A stretch of DNA of 64,000 nt from Oscillospiraceae bacterium (GTDB lineage: Bacteria; Bacillota; Clostridia; Oscillospirales; Acutalibacteraceae): NCBI GenBank assembly GCA_902787025.1, contig CADAER010000005.1:417-64416 (forward strand), read 5' to 3'. Positions 26,391-34,135 of the stretch are shown here, piece after piece. A program made the position numbers and the translations under genes. The notes beneath the pieces are model-generated. The model searched no databases. It worked only from the letters and a program-made list of their open reading frames with translations, and had not been told where the DNA came from. Every line of letters begins with the position of its first letter. Positions within the stretch are counted from its first letter, which is position 1.

Positions 26391-27782
26391 ATGAAAAAAG
26401 ACAGGAATCCCGTTAAAATTGAGAAAGAGATAGCAAAAAGGCAGAAACAGCTTGATAAAAGAGAAGGCAAGAGATACTACTTCTACCTGTTCTTCATCAT
26501 CAGTATAGTCTACATAACCGATGAAGTTGCTTCGGCAATAGCGTCTTTCATGCAGCAGGATATAGCAAAGGACATTGCTTCCCTGGAAACTCTCAACAAA
26601 ATAACTCTTCTGTCATTTCCCCTTATGGCGCTGGGTGTAATCTACAAACCGCTCGCCGACAGATTCGGCAGAAAGCCGTTTCTGATTCTTAACACATTCG
26701 GAATGTGCTTCGGCCTTTGCATTGTCTATATGACGCATAACCTGGCCGGATATATCGCTGGCACCGTTCTCACACAGTTCTTCATTACACATGACATGCA
26801 GGTCGTTTACATAATGGAATCCGCTCCCGACAAACACAGGGCAAAGATTTATTCCTCAATAAAATGCGTGGCCATGCTCGGTGTTACCCTTATTCCGCTT
26901 CTGAGAAAAACAATGATGCACAGCACCTCGGAATGGAGAAACGTATTCCTTGTTCCCGCTCTTCTGGGAATGGCTGTCAGTATAGCGGCTATCTTTCTTG
27001 CCAAGGAAACAGACGCGTTCAATATCGCCAGAATAAATGAACTCAAGGGAATCGCCAAGACAGAAGAAGGCAATTCAAGCGGCGGCGGAATAATCAACGC
27101 CCTGAAATTCGGATTCAGACACAAGCAGACAAAGTGGCTCTTCCTCGCTCTCGTATTCTGCGAAACCGGATTCATTTTTACTCTTGACTACCAGTCCATA
27201 ATGACATTCGGCTTTGTGGACAACGCAATGGCTCAGGGGCTTTTCACAAATATCGAAACGGCAAGCGAGAGCATTCTCATGAATGAAATCACGACCGCAC
27301 TCTTCTTCTATCCCATAGGCTGCGCGCTCAGCCAGCTTATACCCGGATTCATTTCCGACAAGAAGGGCAGGAGAGTCTCGGCTATTGCAATGTCCGCTTC
27401 TGCCGTTGTTCTCTTCCTCGGTTTCTGGCTGGGTGCGGAAAAGGGACTTCCTCCCCAGCTTGTAGGCTTCCTCTGCGGCGGCAGCGTGGGAACATTCTGG
27501 GCCAACATAGACACCATTTCCCTTATGGAAGGCGAGTCGACGCCTACGGAACTCCGTTCCTCCATGCTTTCCGCAATATATCTTCCCCTGGGTCTGGGGA
27601 TCGGTTTCTCCTTCGGCGTATCCTTGCTGTTTATGAAATTGTTCAGCGAGCAGGCAATCGGAATTATTTCCCTGTGCCTCACCGTTCCAGGGCTTCTTGC
27701 GGATTTCTTTATTCTTTCACTCAAGGTTAAAGAAACCGCCGGAGTCGATCTTAAGAAAATCGACGGTTCCGAATTTGACTGA
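26391..27782 (+). CDS. MFS transporter
   Basis: LADRFGRK and ISDKKGRR motif A; many hydrophobic helices. Confidence 0.85.
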   Translation: MKKDRNPVKIEKEIAKRQKQLDKREGKRYYFYLFFIISIVYITDEVASAIASFMQQDIAKDIASLETLNKITLLSFPLMALGVIYKPLADRFGRKPFLILNTFGMCFGLCIVYMTHNLAGYIAGTVLTQFFITHDMQVVYIMESAPDKHRAKIYSSIKCVAMLGVTLIPLLRKTMMHSTSEWRNVFLVPALLGMAVSIAAIFLAKETDAFNIARINELKGIAKTEEGNSSGGGIINALKFGFRHKQTKWLFLALVFCETGFIFTLDYQSIMTFGFVDNAMAQGLFTNIETASESILMNEITTALFFYPIGCALSQLIPGFISDKKGRRVSAIAMSASAVVLFLGFWLGAEKGLPPQLVGFLCGGSVGTFWANIDTISLMEGESTPTELRSSMLSAIYLPLGLGIGFSFGVSLLFMKLFSEQAIGIISLCLTVPGLLADFFILSLKVKETAGVDLKKIDGSEFD

Positions 27783-27890
27783 TGACCTGCTTGTGACAGT
27801 CTGCCGGAGTGCAAATATTTTCCAAATACGGCATAAAAAATCAGACTTGAAGACAAAACCACTTCTGTAATAAAAAAATCGTTTGCAAAG

Positions 27891-27923
27891 TATAACGCCA
27901 CCCACAAAACGGGTGGCGTTATA
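27891..27923. terminator. Hairpin between convergent genes
   Basis: tataacgccaccc-N7-gggtggcgttata. Confidence 0.65.
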
Positions 27924-28002
27924 TGTTCTATTCACAGTTTTTATTATTAAATAATTCTCGCTCTGCAAAGCAGATTCTGTGGGGCGTTGTTTTTATCCGA
28001 GG

Positions 28003-29055
28003 TTATGTTGTTTTATGAAATTGACGGGAACGCTGAACGTTTTCGCCAATTTGTTTTTCTTTGCTTTTATAATATAAATGCAGTAATTTCATATAAACTA
28101 TTGACGTGCAGTCATAAGCATCCCACATAAATCTGAGTTTGTCATAGCAGTAAATCATTTCGTCCGGCAAATTTTTTCGTTTGAAACTTTCCATTAAAGT
28201 TCTTTTTTCCTCACCGGATTCCCAGTTCCTTGCGAGTTTATAAGCACGTTCGGAATCAAACGATGCCGATTTGAATTCTTTATAAAAATCATCAAAGAAA
28301 ACATAGTTTCTGACATCATAAAAGCCCACATCTTCGCTGCGAGAGTTTTTGTTTCTGTAAAATGCAAATAATCTTGCCATTTCGGAAATAGTGTATTCTT
28401 TTAATTCGAACGGTGTTTTTTCCTTCTCCGATTCAAAAAAGTATTCGGTCACTTCCTTTAACAATTCCGGAGTGTTGCAGTCAACGTAATTATAAGGCTC
28501 ATTCAGTGCTTTCGCGAGTTTTCCCACCTCTTCCAGCACGGTTGACGGAGGAATGCATATTTTGCGCCACTCATAATTGTTACTTTCATATTTGCCGAAA
28601 CGTTGATTAAGCCGCCTCTGAATATGTTTTCTGACCGGTTCGGCTATATGCATCTCAAATCCGCAGCCTTTCTGCAAACCGACAAGCGCTATATCCGAAG
28701 ATAATGCGATGCTGTCGTATTCTCTTTCTCCGATCCCGGATACTCCGAGAACATCCAGAATACACAATCCGCAATCACGACCTGCCGGACTTACCGGAAA
28801 ACCGAGTTCCTTTGAAAGCAAGTAAATCTCATACATTATAAGAATTCCGACAACGATTTCGGTATTATTTGAGATTCCTTTTAGCTCCGTAGCGAATAAT
28901 TCTAATTTCTTTATCTCTTTCCTTTCTGTTACCTTTTCTATACAAAGAGATGCCAATTCACTATACAAGGAATCCCGGGCGGTTTCTGACGGAAGAGTAT
29001 AAAACAAATCGCCGACACTCATTTTAGCGGCGGGTTTGGAAAGAATAAAACGCAT
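28003..29055 (-). CDS. Degenerate, compact PolC/DnaE-like protein, catalytic Asp apparently lost
   Basis: SKELGFPVSPAGRDCGLCILDVLGVS ~ PolC GYxVGSRGSVGSSxVA..GIT; NLPDEMIYCYDKLRFMW...YYK ~ VPxWYIxSCxKIKYMFP...YFK. Confidence 0.5.
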   Translation of the reverse strand: MRFILSKPAAKMSVGDLFYTLPSETARDSLYSELASLCIEKVTERKEIKKLELFATELKGISNNTEIVVGILIMYEIYLLSKELGFPVSPAGRDCGLCILDVLGVSGIGEREYDSIALSSDIALVGLQKGCGFEMHIAEPVRKHIQRRLNQRFGKYESNNYEWRKICIPPSTVLEEVGKLAKALNEPYNYVDCNTPELLKEVTEYFFESEKEKTPFELKEYTISEMARLFAFYRNKNSRSEDVGFYDVRNYVFFDDFYKEFKSASFDSERAYKLARNWESGEEKRTLMESFKRKNLPDEMIYCYDKLRFMWDAYDCTSIVYMKLLHLYYKSKEKQIGENVQRSRQFHKTT

Positions 29056-29077
29056 ATTAATCTTTTACTCGCTTTCT

Positions 29078-29569
29078 TTAATCATTTTCTGCTGCAGCGA
29101 ACATTTTATCAAACGCTTTTTTAACTTGATTATAAATTTCGCTTCTTATTTCCATAAGGATTTTGCCGAGCCAGTTGAGGCCTTCTTTTTTGCTGCATCT
29201 CTCACAGGTGCAGCTGCCCCAGCGGTTGTCGTGCCATCGGTTGCCTTCGATGAGTTCGGCATCGCCGGTAGCGAGCAGTTTCTCTCTGAGCTCGGGAACC
29301 GCGAATTTGCAGATGAGAATATCTTTCATAATTCCATAGCAGATTTCGTCCCAGTCTGAGGGAAAGCCGGGTTCCTTTTTGCCCATACGCTTTGCGACAA
29401 CAGGGTTTGTTATTTCCGTGTATTTGATTTTCTCCTCATCGGTCGCGCATTTCTGCGCCTGGAAGGCGGCTTCGGCGTTTTTATAGACGAGTCCTTTATA
29501 CTCGAATGGATGGGAATAAAAGTTTGAAAGGAAAGCGTTTTCTTCCCTGAAATCATTGATGACGGTCAT
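29078..29569 (-). CDS. NADAR (YbiA-like) family protein
   Basis: FLSNFY, NAEAAFQAQK, KF...LLATGDAELIEGN.WHD..WG, GLNWLGKILMEIR. Confidence 0.9.
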   Translation of the reverse strand: MTVINDFREENAFLSNFYSHPFEYKGLVYKNAEAAFQAQKCATDEEKIKYTEITNPVVAKRMGKKEPGFPSDWDEICYGIMKDILICKFAVPELREKLLATGDAELIEGNRWHDNRWGSCTCERCSKKEGLNWLGKILMEIRSEIYNQVKKAFDKMFAAAEND

Positions 29570-30079
29570 TTAAATATCCTCCTGTTCTTCCTCTTCTTCG
29601 GCGAGTAATTCTTCGTATTCCTCCTCATACATTTTGAGAAGTCTGCCGAAATCTTTTTCAAAGGCTTCATATGTGCTCATATCGGTCCAGTTATTCGAGC
29701 CGTGGGAAAGAATATCGAACGGAATTGTTTTTTTGAAGCAATACGCTTCCTCAAAGCCGTTTTCAATTCCCCAGCACAGACTTTCGGCAAATGACTGGCA
29801 GCAGCGCAGATTCACTTCGCTTCTTATTCCCGGGTATATATCAATGCTTGTAAAAATGCTTATGAAGTGATAAATCCGCAGGTCGGAACGCGCGACGGAG
29901 CCGCTTGCCTTGTTTTTGAAAAAGTATTCAAAGGTTTCATAAAACAACGGTTTGAATTCTTTGACGCGGTCGGAGGTGAATTTTTCACCGATGCTTCGCA
30001 GGTCTTCCGCAAGCAATTTCCATTTTTCTTCAAGTATTTCACACTGTTGTATTTCGGGGTTGTTTTTCAAGCAAATCAC
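29570..30079 (-). CDS. Hypothetical protein
   Basis: GTG start directly after AAGGA, acidic tail, abuts the NADAR gene. Confidence 0.65.
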   Translation of the reverse strand: MICLKNNPEIQQCEILEEKWKLLAEDLRSIGEKFTSDRVKEFKPLFYETFEYFFKNKASGSVARSDLRIYHFISIFTSIDIYPGIRSEVNLRCCQSFAESLCWGIENGFEEAYCFKKTIPFDILSHGSNNWTDMSTYEAFEKDFGRLLKMYEEEYEELLAEEEEEQEDI

Positions 30080-30102
30080 TCCTTTATTTTTGACGGAGGT
30101 TT

Positions 30103-30139
30103 ATTATGGCGCAGGTTATGGGGTGAAAAAGGGACATAA
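30103..30139 (-). promoter_or_regulatory. Shared promoter/operator motif, copy 1
   Basis: attatg(-10)-N7-ttatggggtg-aaaa-agggacataa on the plus strand. Confidence 0.55.
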
Positions 30140-30146
30140 TTTCCGC

Positions 30147-30662
30147 TTATTTCCTGTATTTGTCGCAGATTTTCAAAAAATCATCAAATACAGTAAGACC
30201 TTCATTTATTGCTTCTGAAGCCGTCCTGAGTTCTTTCTTATATTTTCTTATCATTTTAACAGCAAATTCCAGATTTCTTTTGCCGTTGTGAAAATCTCCG
30301 TTTTCGATATCATCCAACGCTCTTCCTGTTTCACAGGGATAAACAATAAGATGATGAACATATTGTCTGACAATACTTATGAAAAGCTCACTGTCCTTAT
30401 CTATGTCATCAAGAACGTGCATACTCTGCGCAAAAGAATAGTCTTCATCAAGTCCCCAGAAGTCTTCTTCGTCATCGATATCATCATCTTCAGAATTTTT
30501 CCAGTCTTCCGGTTTGACATTTTCTGGATAATCTATTCCGAAAGTGTCAGCCTGAATTTTTCTTACCTCAAGAGCATCGTTTTCATAAAGCTCACGGTAT
30601 TTTTTTATCGTTTCATCAAACCCGGCTTTATCTTTTTTGAATTCTTCCATATTAATTGACAT
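30147..30662 (-). CDS. Hypothetical acidic protein
   Basis: ATG after AAGGAG; D/E-rich centre. Confidence 0.7.
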   Translation of the reverse strand: MSINMEEFKKDKAGFDETIKKYRELYENDALEVRKIQADTFGIDYPENVKPEDWKNSEDDDIDDEEDFWGLDEDYSFAQSMHVLDDIDKDSELFISIVRQYVHHLIVYPCETGRALDDIENGDFHNGKRNLEFAVKMIRKYKKELRTASEAINEGLTVFDDFLKICDKYRK

Positions 30663-30690
30663 AAAGGCTTCTCCTTTTTTCTTTTTAATC

Positions 30691-30713
30691 ATTATACCAC
30701 TTGTTACGGGGTT
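30691..30713 (-). promoter_or_regulatory. Shared promoter motif, copy 2 (half-site only)
   Basis: attata-N7-ttacggggtt. Confidence 0.45.
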
Positions 30714-30744
30714 TCACCATTGACAATGTGCCGATTATGGTATG

Positions 30745-32178
30745 TCAGTCTTGTATATTCTGCACTGCGGCGAGAAGAGCTTCGGGAGTTCTGATTATGC
30801 CGCTTTGGTTAAGCTCCAGGATTTTATCGCCGATGGCATTGCTGCCGTTTATTATTTTCGAGATTTCTTCAAACACGGCATCGTTACCGGTAAGTCTGCC
30901 CGTGAATTTTCTCAGGCGGAAAAGCGGGGAGACGAGTAACCCCGGCATAAGATTCAGCCACATATCGCAATGCTTTACGGCGCCTGCCCTGTATTCGCCG
31001 TTTTTATAATATAGAGCGAGAACGCCGCAGCAGTCCCAGTCCTCGCCCGAATAGAGAATAAGCGCGTTTACGGGAGGGGCAAACGGGGCGCAGTCGATTC
31101 TGACTATATCGCCCGCCCTGAACGGCACGGCGAGGTTGAGATGAACAAGTTCAAAAGAGTAATCACGGTCTGGCACCGGAAGGTATTCATCATCAAAATC
31201 ATCAACAGCCGTTCTGTGTTTCCTGCGTGTTTTGCTATATTCATAAGGGGTAAACCAGCATAATCCTGTTTTGTAAATATGGTAATATGAGTATTTTTTG
31301 CGCAGGTTTCCGTTGCCGTCGGGCGCCCATTTTTCAATTATATGCCAGGTCAGTGATTTTGTATTTACCTCTTCGTATTTATTATCCAGGTCAATAAATT
31401 CAATCGCTTTTTCAACGCTTGTGAACGGATACGCTTCGCCCGTGCGGATATCGTTTATATCTTCGTCGAAATACGGGTTATACACAAAAAGCAGTTCGCC
31501 CGGCGCTGCCGAGAAACTGTCGATTGCCGTTTTGAAATCTCCGGCGATATGGCAGAGCCCCTCACCGCAGGAAGTATCGTCATATTTTTCAAGTTTTCGG
31601 ATTATCTCATATTTTTCATATATTGACAGATTCGGAGAACCGACGGTAATTTCAGCAATTCCCCATAAGCCGGGACGGTTTTCTTCTTTTTTATAAAAAT
31701 GCTTCATCGGGGCGGATGAAAAGGCTCTGTCGATTACGGATTCATATTCTTCCACGCTCAATTTTTCTTCCGAGTATTTTTTCTGCGAGGGGGAGCAATC
31801 GATATCAATTGCTTTAATCCCTTTCTTACGCTTCGTGACAAAGTTATATCCCGATGCATCGGAACGGTCACTGACAAAGTTGACAACGGCGCCGCCGGTC
31901 TGTTCTATAAAGTCAACCATATCGTAATTTCTCATCGCTCCGGCGCATCTGCCGAATCTTTTCCAGTTGGCTTCGAATACAAGCAGTTTGTATCCCTGCT
32001 CCTGCGCAAACTTTTCGCAGAATCTGTCGCAGCCCTTGCAGTGTCCGCTGACAATTTTGATTTCTTTATCCGTGTCAAGCTGTGAAATGACGGAAGCACA
32101 GGATGATCTGAAATAATCATAATCGGTAAAATGTCTGCCGCAGCAGAGGATTATTTCATAATTGTTTGCGAAGTTCAT
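30745..32178 (-). CDS. SLOG (YspA/DUF2493-like) domain fused to an uncharacterised domain
   Basis: CGRHFTDY...IVSGHCKGCD...ANWKRFGRCAGAMRN; C-terminal PFRAGDIV...DCC...KH...SPLFRL. Confidence 0.65.
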   Translation of the reverse strand: MNFANNYEIILCCGRHFTDYDYFRSSCASVISQLDTDKEIKIVSGHCKGCDRFCEKFAQEQGYKLLVFEANWKRFGRCAGAMRNYDMVDFIEQTGGAVVNFVSDRSDASGYNFVTKRKKGIKAIDIDCSPSQKKYSEEKLSVEEYESVIDRAFSSAPMKHFYKKEENRPGLWGIAEITVGSPNLSIYEKYEIIRKLEKYDDTSCGEGLCHIAGDFKTAIDSFSAAPGELLFVYNPYFDEDINDIRTGEAYPFTSVEKAIEFIDLDNKYEEVNTKSLTWHIIEKWAPDGNGNLRKKYSYYHIYKTGLCWFTPYEYSKTRRKHRTAVDDFDDEYLPVPDRDYSFELVHLNLAVPFRAGDIVRIDCAPFAPPVNALILYSGEDWDCCGVLALYYKNGEYRAGAVKHCDMWLNLMPGLLVSPLFRLRKFTGRLTGNDAVFEEISKIINGSNAIGDKILELNQSGIIRTPEALLAAVQNIQD

Positions 32179-32190
32179 ACAGTTCTCCTT

Positions 32191-32634
32191 TCAGACAAAA
32201 AACACCCCCAAATATCTCAGGGCGAAACATTCGCCGTTTTCATCCTCGAGGCGGCGGTAATCCCATCTTTTTCCGTCCTCTTCCTCAACGCGACCCGCGA
32301 CAAGCCCTTTCGATTTCATATACTCCTCAAAAGTTTCAAAGCCTTTGAGATCAATGCAGTATTTATTTCCAAAGACGCGACGGAACTCATCGTCCTTGTA
32401 GTAATCCGTTTTAAAAACGATAATATTGCCGTCATCCAGAACGCAGCTGCAATTGAAATAATAGGGATGCTTTCCGAGTTCACCTGCTTTGTATTCTTTA
32501 AACGAGTTCCGCTCTTTAAGACACCTTATGCCCGTAATGTGCTTTTCGAGTTCCGAAAAAATACTTCTGACTTTTGTGAATTCCTTTCCTGGTTCGATAT
32601 ACGAATTAAAAATGCTTTCGTTGTTTTCGTTCAT
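32191..32634 (-). CDS. Hypothetical protein
   Basis: ATG after AAGGAGG. Confidence 0.7.
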   Translation of the reverse strand: MNENNESIFNSYIEPGKEFTKVRSIFSELEKHITGIRCLKERNSFKEYKAGELGKHPYYFNCSCVLDDGNIIVFKTDYYKDDEFRRVFGNKYCIDLKGFETFEEYMKSKGLVAGRVEEEDGKRWDYRRLEDENGECFALRYLGVFFV

Positions 32635-32658
32635 TGTTTTCCGCCTCCTTACGACTGT

Positions 32659-32695
32659 ATTTTATCATTGACTATGGGGCGAAATTAACCCATTG
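32659..32695 (-). promoter_or_regulatory. Shared promoter/operator motif, copy 3
   Basis: atttta-N7-ctatggggcg-aaat-taacccattg. Confidence 0.55.
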
Positions 32696-32708
32696 TCTGC
32701 AAACGGTT

Positions 32709-33107
32709 TCAGTCATCAGAATAACATCTGTAATGGCGGCTGTTGTCATACTTTATGACATATTCAACTTTGATGCCGAACGCTTTTTCAATCGCGGAAA
32801 CACAGTTTATTGGGATTTCGGGACTCATATAAACGGTAACGGTCCCGCTGTTTGATATGACCGCCCTGCCCCGCGGATAATAATCGAAGGGCTTGCCGCA
32901 TCCCTTGGGTTTTACGAGCTCCCACAGTTTTTCGTGGTTATAGGTATTCCCCGATTTCGCTATTGCTTCGGGGTATTTTTCTTTATCAAACGGAAATGTC
33001 AGCAAGTTTTCGCCGACCAACCAGAACACGCCGTCGGTTCCGCTCGGTTTGTCGGGCGCTTTCTGTCCTTTCGGTTCTTCCTGTTCTTTTGCTTTTTCGT
33101 TATCCAT
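32709..33107 (-). CDS. Hypothetical protein
   Basis: Good RBS; motif-like segments NHEKLW, DYYPRGR, HYRC. Confidence 0.75.
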   Translation of the reverse strand: MDNEKAKEQEEPKGQKAPDKPSGTDGVFWLVGENLLTFPFDKEKYPEAIAKSGNTYNHEKLWELVKPKGCGKPFDYYPRGRAVISNSGTVTVYMSPEIPINCVSAIEKAFGIKVEYVIKYDNSRHYRCYSDD

Positions 33108-33151
33108 TTTTAAGTCTCCCTCATTTTTGTAAGCGGATTTTTATCCGCGGT

Positions 33152-33937
33152 TCAGCCGATGAAGAGTCCCGTTTCGTCGTCGATAACCGAAGTTACGCAT
33201 ATCAACGGCTGTTTACAATTACCGGTGTAAACAGAAAAATCGGCTATGGTTATTCCGTCCTCATCGGACATCGTTACAAAGGTTGTTACGCTGTCGGCAT
33301 ATTTACAGATATCAGAAAAAAAGCGAATTGAATCGGGCGCGGGACACCAACCAAGGTTTTTGGCCGCAGAACGGTTCACCTGTGAAAACACGAAAACGGG
33401 TCTGTCGGCGGCAAGTTCACGGAGTTTTCCGAGAATTATTTTTCTTTCTTCACAACGCGATTCCGAAGATTGCTTTGTGCCGAGCAGCTGAAGATAATCA
33501 ATAAAAACATAGCCTTTTTTATCTTTCAGTTCTTCGCATATTTCTTCAACGCATGCCTGTTCGGTGCAAAGATAAATCGGTTTGCTTTTAAGATAGGCGT
33601 TCACATATTTGCGCCGGACATATAAATCTCTTTCCGATATGTTCCCGAAAAGCGCCGTCGCCATTCTGTCCCTTATTTTTTCCCAGACCGTATCGGCTTC
33701 GTAAATATAAACATTTTCATCTTTTCCGAGGGCGAGTGCTTTCTGTATCATAAGCGTTGTTTTACCGTTCGCAGGTCTCGCACCGATTACATACAAACCC
33801 GGTTTGTTTTCGAAAAGGGCGTTGAGAGCATCGGGCAAGGTGCCGCCGAACTCATAACCCTCGCTGGACCACTCGCTGCCTATATATTCGCTTATGTGTC
33901 TGAACAGTTCCGAAGTTTTTCCGTTTTTTTCGCTCAT
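33152..33937 (-). CDS. DnaB-like helicase C-terminal (RecA-fold) domain protein
   Basis: GARPANGKT, VFIDYLQL, FSQVNR; no N-terminal DnaB domain. Confidence 0.8.
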   Translation of the reverse strand: MSEKNGKTSELFRHISEYIGSEWSSEGYEFGGTLPDALNALFENKPGLYVIGARPANGKTTLMIQKALALGKDENVYIYEADTVWEKIRDRMATALFGNISERDLYVRRKYVNAYLKSKPIYLCTEQACVEEICEELKDKKGYVFIDYLQLLGTKQSSESRCEERKIILGKLRELAADRPVFVFSQVNRSAAKNLGWCPAPDSIRFFSDICKYADSVTTFVTMSDEDGITIADFSVYTGNCKQPLICVTSVIDDETGLFIG

Positions 33938-33967
33938 CGTTTTAACCTCCCGTTTTGTTTCGTTTGT

Positions 33968-34004
33968 ATTATAAAAAAATCTATGGGTCATTTTTGACAC
34001 ATAG
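33968..34004 (-). promoter_or_regulatory. Shared promoter/operator motif, copy 4 (best palindrome)
   Basis: attata-N7-ctatgggtca-tttt-tgacacatag. Confidence 0.6.
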
Positions 34005-34135
34005 ATTCAGATTTAAAATACTTCCCCTGCTTTTACAAGTTCAAAGGCAAAAAAAATGAAAAACAGTTGTAATTGATTATGTATATTTCTGTTGCGGGAA
34101 AGATTGACGAAATATTAATAATATGATAAAATAAT

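Noticed and set aside
28003-34000. Prophage replication module
   Set aside because: No integrase, structural, primase or packaging genes; several genes have their own promoters.
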